The notes below the pieces were generated by a model that saw only the letters and a program-made list of their open reading frames with translations, was not told the DNA's origin and ran no database searches. DNA of 64,000 nucleotides from an uncultured archaeon (GTDB lineage: Archaea > Thermoplasmatota > Poseidoniia > MGIII > CG-Epi1): NCBI GenBank assembly GCA_964389465.1, contig CAYMDK010000005.1:22169-86168 (forward strand), in the 5' to 3' direction. The position numbers and the translations under genes were made by a program. Below, piece after piece: positions 1-10,613 of the stretch (positions within the stretch are counted from its first letter, which is position 1; each line of letters begins with the position of its first letter).

Positions 1-537
1 GAGCGCCGCCATGAAGAGCGGCGTCGCCAGTAGGATGAGCCACGCGCCGTCGCGCTCCGTGTGGCGGGCGTAGCCGCCCATCAGTGCGATGAAGAGCAGG
101 CTCGAGAAGTAGCCCGCCGAGCCGTTGAATTGCCCGGGCGGGTACGGGACCGCCAGCGCCATCCGCGCGACGATGAACGCTGCCCACGCTGCCGGCACCA
201 CCCACCAGCGTCGCGCGAGCATGTGCCAGCCGTAAACGGCCACGTAGGCGAACTGGAACAGCGCAATCGGCACGACGTCCGCCACGAAGGCCCAGCGGGT
301 CGCGAAGGTGTGGAACAGGAAGCTGCCGATGCCGATGGCGCCGAGCAGCGCCAGCAGTAGAACGAACTCCCACCGCTGCCGCCCCGTCTGCTCGCAGCGA
401 CGGCGGTAGCACCACCAGCCGGCGACGCAGGCGGCGATGAAGGCGAGGTTGCTGAAGGCGTTGAGCGGCTCGGCCCAGAGGCTCGCGTCGGTCCGCTCGC
501 AGTAGTTGTCGATGGCCTCGAACCAGCCGGTCGCCAT
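1..537 (-). CDS. Ceramidase-family (alkaline-ceramidase-like) polytopic membrane protein; 3' end runs off the window
   Basis: Not in the ORF track because no stop lies in the window. ATG at 537 (minus) gives MATGWFEAIDNYCERTDASLWAEPLNAFSNLAFIAA... This carries the YCE..EP.N..SN..F N-terminal signature of the ceramidase family, followed by several hydrophobic helices. The frame stays open to position 1. Confidence 0.55.
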   Translation of the reverse strand, partial: MATGWFEAIDNYCERTDASLWAEPLNAFSNLAFIAACVAGWWCYRRRCEQTGRQRWEFVLLLALLGAIGIGSFLFHTFATRWAFVADVVPIALFQFAYVAVYGWHMLARRWWVVPAAWAAFIVARMALAVPYPPGQFNGSAGYFSSLLFIALMGGYARHTERDGAWLILLATPLFMAAL

Positions 538-561
538 GTGGGGTCGAAGGGCGGGCGATTA

Positions 562-1860
562 TTATTCTTGACGCGGCCGCCGCCGTCGCAGCAGCACGAT
601 CACGGCGGCCGCCGCCGCGCCGAGTGCCAGCGTCGCCGCCAGCGACGCTTCTGTGTCGTCGGCGGCGGCCACGCCCGTCGGGTCGGGAATCTCGACCAGC
701 CAGATATCGAGGCTGCCGCCGCGGGTGGAGTGGAACGCCAGCACGTTGCCTTGCGGGGACCAGTCGGCGTGCCGGTCGAGCGCGGGGTCCATGGTTATGC
801 GGCGCGGCGTGCCGCCCGCGACGGGGACTAGGTAGAGGTCGCGGTTCCCGTCGCGGTCAGAGTCGTAGATGAGCCACTCCCCGTCGGGTGACCAGCCGGG
901 ATAGCGGTCGTAGTGTGGGTCGTCAGTCACCTGCCGTTTTTCGCTGCCGTCGGCCCGCATGACCCAGATGTCGTTGGTCTCGCCGTCGTCCGCTTCATAC
1001 ACAATCCACTCGCCGTCGAACGACCAGCGCGGGCAGTGCTCGCTGGCGTCGCCCGTCGTCAGCCGCTGCGGGTCGCCTTGCGGAGTCCCGTCGGGGGCGA
1101 CCGCCACCTTCCAGACGTCGAGAGAACCGCCGCGGCTGGAGTGGAATGTTATTTCATCCCCGGCCGGCGACCAGCGCCCCGAGTCGTCGAAGGCAGGGTC
1201 GGAGGTGACCTGCACTGACTCGCTGCTGGAGAGGTTGACCACGTAGATGTCCATTTCGGAGGTGGTTTCGCCCTCCTCGGGAGCGTAGGAGTTGAAGACC
1301 ATCCGCTCCCCGTCAGGCGACCAGCCGGGGTAACCGTGGTAGCTGCGGTCGCTCTCAATGGGCTGCGGCTCGCCGCCCGTCGGGGAAATCGTGTAAAGAT
1401 GGTAGATGTGTTCCTCGAGTCCGCGGTTGGACTTGAAGACCAGACGGTCGCCGGATGGCGACCATTCAGGCTGCAGGTCGGCTGCGCCGTCGAAGGTCAG
1501 CTGCCGCGGGTAGAGCACGGTTACGCGCACGGAGGTGCTCTCCGCCTGCGAACCGTCGTCGTAGACGGCACGCGCGACCAGCGTGAACTCGGCCGGCGCG
1601 GTGGCGTTGGCGACAGTGGTGTCCCACGCTATGCAATCGAGGCAGGTCGCGGTGGTTAGTAGTTCGCCGTTGGCGAACAGCTCGACATACGCCACCTCAC
1701 CCTCCGCCGCGACCGTCACCTCGACGACGCCCTCGACCCAGTCGCCGTCGGCGAGCGAAGTGATGGCGACCAGCGGTTGCCCATACTCGACAGAGCCGGT
1801 GGCAGGGAAGAGCAACAGCGTGGCGACCAGCAGTGCGAGCGATGAGCGGGAGCGGCGCAC
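562..1860 (-). CDS. TolB-like PD40 beta-propeller surface protein (signal peptide, Ig-like N-domain, C-terminal membrane anchor)
   Basis: N-terminus MRRSRSSLALLVATLLLFPATGS resembles a signal peptide. The WSPDGE / WSPSGD / WSPQGN PD40 motifs recur, with F.S.R.G spacing. The C-terminus is hydrophobic (ATLALGAAAAAVIVLL) and followed by RRRRPRQE. Confidence 0.8.
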   Translation of the reverse strand: MRRSRSSLALLVATLLLFPATGSVEYGQPLVAITSLADGDWVEGVVEVTVAAEGEVAYVELFANGELLTTATCLDCIAWDTTVANATAPAEFTLVARAVYDDGSQAESTSVRVTVLYPRQLTFDGAADLQPEWSPSGDRLVFKSNRGLEEHIYHLYTISPTGGEPQPIESDRSYHGYPGWSPDGERMVFNSYAPEEGETTSEMDIYVVNLSSSESVQVTSDPAFDDSGRWSPAGDEITFHSSRGGSLDVWKVAVAPDGTPQGDPQRLTTGDASEHCPRWSFDGEWIVYEADDGETNDIWVMRADGSEKRQVTDDPHYDRYPGWSPDGEWLIYDSDRDGNRDLYLVPVAGGTPRRITMDPALDRHADWSPQGNVLAFHSTRGGSLDIWLVEIPDPTGVAAADDTEASLAATLALGAAAAAVIVLLRRRRPRQE

Positions 1861-1939
1861 GCCGGCGCAGCGATGCGAGCCGTAAATGCGTTCCCCCGCA
1901 CCGGACGTCGCGCTTCAATAGCCCCCGCATTGCGCCAGC

Positions 1940-2641
1940 ATGGACGACCTGCAGCTGCTCTCGCTGACGGTGCTCTTCGCCGGGCTGGTGACGCTGGCGC
2001 TGCCGCTGCTGGCGCGGCTGGTCGAGTTCGCGACCGCGCGGCAGTCGGGCGACTGGCTGCTGCTGGGGCTGCTGCTGCTCTTCGGCGCGGCGCTGGTGGC
2101 GGCGCTCTGGGCGGTCTGGGCCGCCTCGACGCAGAGCTGGCTGCTCTGGCCGGTGGCGGGCTTCACACTCTTCTTCCGGCTCGCGTCGCCCCCCTTCCTG
2201 CTGCGTGCTCTCTCACAACGGCTCGGCCCGCCCGCGGAGGGGGCGGCCAGCACGGCAACGCTCGAGCAGTCGGTGACTGGTCTGGCGGTGGTGCTCGGCA
2301 GCTTCGCACTGCTGGCGCCGTGGCTCGAGCCGGCGCATGGCAACGCGATGGCGGCGGCCGAGACCGGCCTTGCGACCGCCGTGGCGGTCTTCTCGTTCAG
2401 CCAGTTCTACCTGCTGCTCTTCATGGAGCGCATGCGCGAAGGGCAGGCGCACTTCGCGTGGGTCGCGGGGCTGCTGCTGGGAGTGGGGTTCATGGTGCTG
2501 ACGCCGGCCTACCTGCCCGGCTTCGGGACGGCGTTCCGCACCACCTCGGCGCTCGGCTGGTTCGGCGCGGCGGCGCTCTTCCATTTCGGCCGGCAGCCGG
2601 ACCCGCCGCCGCTGTTGCGAAAGCTGCGGTGGAATGGTTAA
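1940..2641 (+). CDS. Hypothetical polytopic membrane protein
   Basis: Six or more hydrophobic segments (LTVLFAGLVTLALPLL, LLLGLLLLFGAALVAALWAVWAA, and others). The competing 1873..2838 frame is Ala/Arg/Gly low-complexity. Confidence 0.55.
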   Translation: MDDLQLLSLTVLFAGLVTLALPLLARLVEFATARQSGDWLLLGLLLLFGAALVAALWAVWAASTQSWLLWPVAGFTLFFRLASPPFLLRALSQRLGPPAEGAASTATLEQSVTGLAVVLGSFALLAPWLEPAHGNAMAAAETGLATAVAVFSFSQFYLLLFMERMREGQAHFAWVAGLLLGVGFMVLTPAYLPGFGTAFRTTSALGWFGAAALFHFGRQPDPPPLLRKLRWNG

Positions 2642-2665
2642 ATCCCCTCTGCGAATGCGCCGCAG

Positions 2666-3130
2666 ATGTCCAGCGAAACGTTACAAACGCTTGGCATAAT
2701 CTTGCTGCTGAACGCGGTCGCGTGGGGCGGCTACGTTGCGTTGCAGGAAGAGCCCGACATCATCTACCGCTACCGCGAAACCCCCGCAGCGAGCGCCAAC
2801 GTCACCGTGTCACTCGACTTCGGCGACGCCGGGGCTAACGCGACGACCTTCGTCAACGCGACGTCGGTCAGCTTCGCCGGCATCGTCGTCACCAACGACA
2901 CTTCGGCCTACGCGGCGACTATCGCGGCCGCGCGCGCCAACGGCTTCGCAGTCGGCGTGACCTGGTATTCGTTCGGGCCGTACGTCCACACTATCGACGG
3001 GGTTGCGGGCGACAGCGGCCGCTACTGGGAGCTCAACCACAACGGCGCGTACTCGATGGTCGGCGCCGGTGATCTGCAATTGCAGGACGGCGACGTCGTG
3101 ATGTGGAAATACGTCGTCGCCGACTGGTAG
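2666..3130 (+). CDS. DUF4430-like (transcobalamin-beta-like) exported protein with N-terminal anchor
   Basis: N-terminal TM or signal anchor LGIILLLNAVAWGGYVAL. The C-terminal pattern YWELNHNGAYSMVGAGDLQLQDGDVVMWKY matches the W.Y.VNG....G.....L.DGD.I.W.Y pattern of DUF4430. Confidence 0.65.
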   Translation: MSSETLQTLGIILLLNAVAWGGYVALQEEPDIIYRYRETPAASANVTVSLDFGDAGANATTFVNATSVSFAGIVVTNDTSAYAATIAAARANGFAVGVTWYSFGPYVHTIDGVAGDSGRYWELNHNGAYSMVGAGDLQLQDGDVVMWKYVVADW

Positions 3131-3131
3131 T

Positions 3132-5057
<1,926 letters not shown>

Positions 5058-5085
5058 GACGCGGCAGCGCCCGCGACTGAAAAAG

Positions 5086-6156
5086 CTACAGCATCCCGGC
5101 TTTCTGGATAATCATCAGCTGCTCGGTCGAGAGTTTTTCGCCGGCGAGGAACTTGCCGAACAGCTCCTCGGCGTTCGCGACGCTCTCGATGGCGCCGGCG
5201 CCGGTCCCGCCCTTGCGCCGCTCGGCGACCACTTTGTCGATGGCCGAGAGCTGCCGCAGCTGCTCAATATAATTTGCGTGCACTTCGTCCGCCTGCTCCT
5301 TGGAGTTGACGAAGGCGCGCTGCGCGGCGTCCGCCTTGCGGCGGGCGATGCGGTTCGCCTTGAGCGCCTCGCGCATCAGCTCGTGCGCATTCTGCGCCTC
5401 GTCGCGGACGCGCTTCATCTCGTGCGTCAGCTCCTTGCGCTTCTTCTCGCCGGCGCGGAACAGGTCGCGCGCCCCGGCGACCTCTTCGTCGCCATCCATT
5501 ATTTTGTCCTGCTCGGTAATCTGCGTTTGCAGCGCACCGATTTTCTCGACTAGCTCGCGCTCTTTCTTGATGCTCATCGAGCTGGTCATCTGCTTGATTT
5601 CCAGCTCCTGGATTTGCCGCCGCAGCTTCGGGACGGGCGGCAAGTGGGTGCCGGAGAAACGGGCGCGCTTCAGCGTCAGGAATTGCTCGCGCAGTTGGTC
5701 AACCTCGTCGAGCACCTCGCGCCGCTCGTCGCGCACCTGGCTCACGTCGAAGTTGAGGCCGTTGCGCAGGGTGCGCTGGAATTGCACCTGTTCCATCTGC
5801 ACCTTTGCCTCGTTGTTCAACTCGTTGCGCTCTGCAGCGTGCGATTGTGACTCGAGGTTCAGCTCATCACGCTTGTGGCGCAGCACTTCGGCCGCTTCGT
5901 AAACTTCCTTGCGGTGCGCCTTGAGCTCCTTCTGCGAGAGCTCGGAGTAGTCAATTGCGGCTTCCTCGGTCTTCCCAGGGCTGGCGCCAGCCTCTTCCAG
6001 CCGCGCCAGCAGCTCGGCCTTGGTGCCGGAGACTGGGAGTTCCCGCTCGCGCAGCTTCTCCTTCAGGTCGGCGACCTTCAGGCCAGCGTGTTCGCTGGGT
6101 GCAGGCGCGTCGCCTGCCGGGGCGTCGGGGGCGGGTTCCTCGGTTTCGGTCTCCAT
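5086..6156 (-). CDS. Archaeal coiled-coil protein (COG1340-like) with an N-terminal SAP domain
   Basis: Residues 25-57, GLKVADLKEKLRERELPVSGTKAELLARLEEAG, fit the SAP consensus. The rest is a long heptad-rich Glu/Lys/Arg/Gln region. It ends LFGKFLAGEKLSTEQLMIIQKAG, as COG1340-type archaeal coiled-coil proteins do. Confidence 0.8.
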   Translation of the reverse strand: METETEEPAPDAPAGDAPAPSEHAGLKVADLKEKLRERELPVSGTKAELLARLEEAGASPGKTEEAAIDYSELSQKELKAHRKEVYEAAEVLRHKRDELNLESQSHAAERNELNNEAKVQMEQVQFQRTLRNGLNFDVSQVRDERREVLDEVDQLREQFLTLKRARFSGTHLPPVPKLRRQIQELEIKQMTSSMSIKKERELVEKIGALQTQITEQDKIMDGDEEVAGARDLFRAGEKKRKELTHEMKRVRDEAQNAHELMREALKANRIARRKADAAQRAFVNSKEQADEVHANYIEQLRQLSAIDKVVAERRKGGTGAGAIESVANAEELFGKFLAGEKLSTEQLMIIQKAGML

Positions 6157-6189
6157 CGCTTCTCCCGGGGCAGGGCCCCGCTGGCGGGC

Positions 6190-6510
6190 CTAACCGAAGA
6201 GGGCACCGAGTCCTTCGACTGCTTCCTCTTCACTGACTTCTTCTTCCTCGGCTTCTGCTTCCTCTGCGGGGGCTTCCTTGCCGCCATCGTTGTCACCAGA
6301 CGCGGCCGGAGCCGCAGCGGCTGCCGGGGCAGCTACTGCGGCGGTTGCCATGGCTTCCTCGATGTCCACGCCTTCCAGCGCGGCCACGAGGGCCTCGGCC
6401 CGTGCCTTGTCGGTCTTCAGGCCTGCGGCCTTGAGGACCTTGGTGACGCTCTTGGCGTCAATCTCGGCGCCCGCCGAGTTGAGCAGCATTGCCGAATAGA
6501 TGTATTCCAT
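6190..6510 (-). CDS. rpl12: Ribosomal stalk protein P1 (aL12 / L12e)
   Basis: [31 protein letters not shown]..., followed by an Ala-rich hinge and an acidic tail ending EGLGALFG. Confidence 0.95.
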   Translation of the reverse strand: MEYIYSAMLLNSAGAEIDAKSVTKVLKAAGLKTDKARAEALVAALEGVDIEEAMATAAVAAPAAAAAPAASGDNDGGKEAPAEEAEAEEEEVSEEEAVEGLGALFG

Positions 6511-6523
6511 TTTTTGTTTCCTC

Positions 6524-7540
6524 CTATTCGAATAGTGCTCCTAATCCTGATACGACGTCTTCCTCGGACGCCTCTTCTTCTTCCTCGTCATCGTCTTTCG
6601 ATTCCGACGCGGCTTCCGCCTTGGCGGATGGCGCTGCGGTGGCGGGCGCCGCAGCGCCCTGCATCGCCTTCAGCTCATCGTCGGCACCGCCACCGGCGTG
6701 GCCGGCGACGCCCAGCATCTGCTGATGCGCCTCGATGAGCAGCGCGGCGATGGTCGCCTCCGACGGCCACGCCGCAGCGTGCGCCACGGCGAGTGCGTCG
6801 CGGCGCGCCTTCGAGAGCAGCGGTACCGTCGTGGTGTCGCTGAACCAGCGCGTATGCATCGCGAGGTTGAATGCTCCAGCGGTCGCTGATTGCAGCTGTC
6901 CGCGGAACTGGTTATAGTCAATGTCAAGCACTTCGGGAGGGTAAAAGTTCTCCCCGTCGTATGCGCCGAGCAGCTCCATCCCCATCGTAATCGGGAAGAT
7001 TTCGAGCTTCGCAAGGGCTCCAGCCACCGGCGCCGAAATGGTCTCGCCCTCCGCGACGGCAACGTGCCGCTTGCGAATCACGATTTGCCCCTTCTCGATG
7101 GCGGCCGGGAAGCCCGCCTGCTGGAACTCGCCCACGATGGGACCGGCCGGGAACGGCGTCGGCCCTTTCTCGATGACGATATCTGCGCTGGCGGTCTCGC
7201 CGCCCTTCGCGGGTGCCTGCGTCTGAGCTTCGCTGAGCAGGCGGAAAATAGTGAACGGGCTCCCCTCGCCGGTCAGCAGCGACAGCTGCTCCTTGCGGAA
7301 CGCGTCGGCCAGCTTCTCGAGCCCGGGACGCTTCGCGGCGACCGAATCGATGGCGCGGCGCAGCAGCCGGTTGCGGCTCATGCGCACACGCACGCCGCGC
7401 TCGCGCAGCGACTTGCGCATCTCCATCATCTGCCGCGCGGGGATGCCGCTGACGTCGACCAGCGCGACGACTGGCGCCGCGAGGTATTCCTCGAGCTGCG
7501 CGATTTCGTCGTGTTTCCACTGGGTGGCGACCGCCTGCAT
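6524..7540 (-). CDS. rplP0: Ribosomal protein uL10 (acidic P0)
   Basis: 338 aa with a uL10 N-domain and an acidic C-tail ending [10 protein letters not shown]. It lies between uL1 and P1, the conserved archaeal order. Confidence 0.95.
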   Translation of the reverse strand: MQAVATQWKHDEIAQLEEYLAAPVVALVDVSGIPARQMMEMRKSLRERGVRVRMSRNRLLRRAIDSVAAKRPGLEKLADAFRKEQLSLLTGEGSPFTIFRLLSEAQTQAPAKGGETASADIVIEKGPTPFPAGPIVGEFQQAGFPAAIEKGQIVIRKRHVAVAEGETISAPVAGALAKLEIFPITMGMELLGAYDGENFYPPEVLDIDYNQFRGQLQSATAGAFNLAMHTRWFSDTTTVPLLSKARRDALAVAHAAAWPSEATIAALLIEAHQQMLGVAGHAGGGADDELKAMQGAAAPATAAPSAKAEAASESKDDDEEEEEASEEDVVSGLGALFE

Positions 7541-8160
7541 CAGACCCTCACCGCCCTGCCCATGGTGGTCTTGACCCAGACTGACGCAATATTCTGGTCG
7601 CCGCGGTCGAGGTGCGATTCGACCCGTTTCAGGACCGTCTCGAGGTTCTCAACCAGCAGTTCCTGCTCCATCGCCACGTTGCCAATCGAGACGTGGAAGG
7701 TGGGACGGTCGCGCGACCGCAGCACCACCAGGTTGCGCAGCCCATCGATGACGCGCGCGATGTCGGCGGTCGGCGGCACCGGCCGCGGCATTTTGCCGCG
7801 CGGCCCCAGCACGACGCCCAGCGACTTGCCGATGTCGGCCATCATGCTGATTTCGGCGACGAAGTAGTCAATGCCGTCGACCACCTTGCGCGCGCGGCGC
7901 TTATTGTCGGCGAGGTCGCCCAGCTCCTCGGGGGTAATCATCAGGTCGGCGTGCGCCTTCGCCTTCTCGGCCAGCTCCTTGCGCGCGAAGACGCCGACCT
8001 TCGCCGGACGCCCACGGCCGTGCGGCAGCGCCAGCTCGTCGTTGATGCGCTTCTGCGGGTTCTGCAGGTCGACATCGCGCAGGTTAATCGCTACTTCCAC
8101 TGTCTCGGTGAACTTGCGCTCTTTGCGCGTATCGAGCGCGTCTGCGATAGCCTGCTTCAC
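7540..8160 (-). CDS. rpl1: Ribosomal protein uL1
   Basis: GTG start at 8160. The sequence reads KERKFTETVEVAINLRDVDL...GRGRPAKVGVFA...GPRGKMPRPVP. The TGA/ATG junction with uL10 overlaps by 1 nt at 7540. Confidence 0.95.
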   Translation of the reverse strand: MKQAIADALDTRKERKFTETVEVAINLRDVDLQNPQKRINDELALPHGRGRPAKVGVFARKELAEKAKAHADLMITPEELGDLADNKRRARKVVDGIDYFVAEISMMADIGKSLGVVLGPRGKMPRPVPPTADIARVIDGLRNLVVLRSRDRPTFHVSIGNVAMEQELLVENLETVLKRVESHLDRGDQNIASVWVKTTMGRAVRV

Positions 8161-8248
8161 GTCGCCTGCGATGGTTTCACCCCCGTAGTGTGCGGAGCAG
8201 CGCTCCTCCTACGGACTTTGCGCCGCACCCGGGGACGTATTTAAGGAT
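8161..8248 (-). promoter_or_regulatory. Promoter plus structured 5' leader of the uL1-uL10-P1 operon (candidate L1 autoregulatory site)
   Basis: On the minus strand: TTAAATA box at ~8236-8242. An interrupted hairpin pairs CCGTAG (8183-8188) with CTACGG (8209-8214), enclosing GGAGC (8194-8198) paired with GCTCC (8202-8206). A GGGGGTGA Shine-Dalgarno-like element lies ~17 nt before the GTG. Confidence 0.3.
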
Positions 8249-9730
8249 TCAGCGCGCAGTCTCCAGCCATTCCAGGTCGGACTGGTAGAGCATGCGGATA
8301 TCCTTCAGGCCGAGCCGCAGCATCGCCAGCCGCTCGAGTCCCAGCCCCCACGCCAGCACCGGCGTATCGATGCCGAAGGGCGCGGTGACCTCGGGGCGGA
8401 AGATGCCGGAGCCGCCCAGCTCGAGCCAGCGGTCGCCGAATTTTACTTCGATTTCCATCGACGGCTCGGTGTAGGGGAAATAGGCCGGGCGCACGCGGAC
8501 GTCGGGGAAACCCATGCGGCGGTAGAACTCCTTCAGCACGCCAATCAGCATCCCGAAGCTCGCCTCCTCTTCCATGATGATGCCCTCGACCTGCGTGAAC
8601 TCCGGCAGGTGCGTTGCGTCGACCGCCTCGCGCCGGAAGACGCGCCCGACGGCGAAGACCCGCACCGGCGGGTCGGGGTGCTCCGACAGGTAGCGGATGG
8701 TGCTGACCGTCGTGTGCGTCCGCAGCAGCGCCTGCTGGGCGACCTCGCGCGACCAGTCGTAGCGCCAGCCGGTCGAGCCGGTGTCGCCGCCGGTCTCGTG
8801 GACCGCCTTGACTGCCGCGACCGCCTCCTCGTCATCGAGCAGGAACGACTTCGGGTCGTCTAGATAGAGCGTGTCCTGCAGCTCACGCGCCGGGTGGTCC
8901 TGCGGGATGAAGAGCGCGTCCATGTTCCAGAACGCCGACTCGACGTAGTCGCCCTCAATTTCGGTGAACCCCATCTGGAGGAAGATGCCCCGGATTTCCT
9001 CGGTGAAGCGCGTCAGCGGGTGCAGCGTCGCCTGCGGTGCGCTTTCGGCCTGTGTCTCGAGCGAGTAGCGCTGGAAGCGCCCCTCGCGCCAGCCGCCCGA
9101 CTGGAGCATCTCGGCCGTCACCTCGCCCAGCAGCTCCTCGCCGCTCAGCTCGTCGAGCGCCATGCGCCCCGCCTCGGTGATGCACAGCGTCCGCGCAACC
9201 TGCTGGCTGCGCTCGAGAATCTGTCGCCCCTGTAACAGCTTCAGTCCCTTCGGGTCTAAGCTGTCGACCGGCTGCGCGCCGTCGGCCAGCTCCCGTAGCA
9301 GCGGCTCGTCAGCGCCCTCGGGCGCGTCGTCCCGCGCGGGGGTCAGCATCACGCCGTCGTCGCTCTTCTCGAGCCACGCCCATTGCTTGCGCTTGAGCCA
9401 GCCAATCACGATGCGCGCCTCGTCGGCGGTAAGCGGGCCGTCGGCGAGCTTGCTGGCGGTCGCGGCACCGTGCTCGTTGAGCCACTCAATCGCGCGCCGC
9501 TCGGGCAATCCTTCGGCCGCGTAGCGCAGTCCCTCCTCGTTCAGCCCGACCAGCTCGGTCACCGTCTCCTCGATTTCGGCCATTTCCTTGGTGCGCAGCC
9601 AGGAGGCGGCCGAGACCGCTTCCCGCTCACCGAGGCCGGCAGCCTCGGCCGCCGCCGCTGGCGAGAGCTCGCCCGCGGCGAGCACGCGAAGCACTTTCTG
9701 TTCGTTGGCGGAGAGGTCCACGGTGCGCAA
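8249..9730 (-). CDS. pheS: Phenylalanine--tRNA ligase alpha subunit
   Basis: 493 aa, archaeal-type long N-terminus. Class II core: FLQMGFTE..., HPARELQDTLYL, LLRTHTTVSTIRYL, GLGLERLAMLRLGLKDIR. Confidence 0.95.
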   Translation of the reverse strand: MRTVDLSANEQKVLRVLAAGELSPAAAAEAAGLGEREAVSAASWLRTKEMAEIEETVTELVGLNEEGLRYAAEGLPERRAIEWLNEHGAATASKLADGPLTADEARIVIGWLKRKQWAWLEKSDDGVMLTPARDDAPEGADEPLLRELADGAQPVDSLDPKGLKLLQGRQILERSQQVARTLCITEAGRMALDELSGEELLGEVTAEMLQSGGWREGRFQRYSLETQAESAPQATLHPLTRFTEEIRGIFLQMGFTEIEGDYVESAFWNMDALFIPQDHPARELQDTLYLDDPKSFLLDDEEAVAAVKAVHETGGDTGSTGWRYDWSREVAQQALLRTHTTVSTIRYLSEHPDPPVRVFAVGRVFRREAVDATHLPEFTQVEGIIMEEEASFGMLIGVLKEFYRRMGFPDVRVRPAYFPYTEPSMEIEVKFGDRWLELGGSGIFRPEVTAPFGIDTPVLAWGLGLERLAMLRLGLKDIRMLYQSDLEWLETAR

Positions 9731-9741
9731 TTCCTCCGGTT

Positions 9742-10512
9742 CTAAAGGGTTGCCCAGAGCGGCTCGAGCTGCGCCAGCTGCCGCAGGATTTCGTCGCGCA
9801 CCCCGGGCGGCTGCTTGCCGTCGGTATCAACGATGAGGTCGTAGCCGGCCGGGTCGCGGTAGTCGAAGCCGTAAAGCTCGAGGTAGCGCTGCCGGTCGTC
9901 CTCGTCGCGGCGTGTGTTGTCGCGCAACCGCACCGCCGCGTCAGCTGCGCCTTCCAGCTTCAGCGCCGCGACCGCGTCGGCCAGCGCCGCGAGCGTCTCC
10001 GGCTCGCCCGGCGGGAGCGTGTCGCGCGCCAGCCGACCGGCGTCCTCGCCCAGCTCGCGCTTCAGGAACCGCACCGCCTGCTCGCGGCGCGAGCAGCGGA
10101 AATAGAGCCGCGCCATGTTCTCCTTACCCAAAGAGGACATGAAGCCGCCGAGCCAGCCCGGCTGCCGCCCCTCGATGACCGCCATACTCCCGTCGAGCCC
10201 CGCGCCGCCAATCCACTCGCAGGTGGCGTAGTCAATCTCGACATCTATCCCGCGTTCTGTCAGCAGCCGCCGCGCCTGCTCCGCAACCGAGATGCCGCGC
10301 CGCGCCGCCGCCTCGCGGAAAAGCCCGCCGACCGAGCGGCAGACGCCGCTGAAGTGGCCGGCCAGCATTCGTGCCTGCGTCGACTTGCCGGTTAGCTGGT
10401 CGCCCGCAATCAGGATGACCGGCAGCGGCGTGACGGTCGCCATCAGTCGCTCGACCGCGTCCGGCCCGATGTGGGTCGTGAAGGCGCGCTCGATGCCCTT
10501 GAGCGGGTCCAC
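9742..10512 (-). CDS. P-loop kinase-like protein (cytidylate-kinase-like AAA domain), function uncertain
   Basis: Walker A-like motif VILIAGDQLTGKSTQARMLA, with a cytidylate-kinase-like layout and a C-terminal extension. Confidence 0.65.
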   Translation of the reverse strand: MDPLKGIERAFTTHIGPDAVERLMATVTPLPVILIAGDQLTGKSTQARMLAGHFSGVCRSVGGLFREAAARRGISVAEQARRLLTERGIDVEIDYATCEWIGGAGLDGSMAVIEGRQPGWLGGFMSSLGKENMARLYFRCSRREQAVRFLKRELGEDAGRLARDTLPPGEPETLAALADAVAALKLEGAADAAVRLRDNTRRDEDDRQRYLELYGFDYRDPAGYDLIVDTDGKQPPGVRDEILRQLAQLEPLWATL

Positions 10513-10554
10513 GACGGCGCACCGCAGCGTGGCTCTAATACGATTATTGGCGAG

Positions 10555-10586
10555 CGAGCAGCGGCCCGCGAACAGGCCGCTGCTCG
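10555..10586 (-). repeat. Perfect 12-bp GC-rich inverted repeat (hairpin) just downstream of the low-GC orphan gene
   Basis: CGAGCAGCGGCC (10555-10566), an 8-nt loop, then GGCCGCTGCTCG (10575-10586). It lies between the orphan gene stop (10614) and the next gene start (10512). Confidence 0.5.
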
Positions 10587-10613
10587 GTATGGGCGGGGAA
10601 GTGGACGGCGAAG

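Noticed and set aside
1873-2838. 321-aa plus-strand ORF overlapping two smaller ORFs
   Set aside because: Ala/Gly/Arg low-complexity translation (..AGDAGAAAAGAAGRVRDRAAVGRLAAAGAAAAL..). The alternative frames encode a plausible multi-TM protein (1940-2641) and a DUF4430-like protein (2666-3130).
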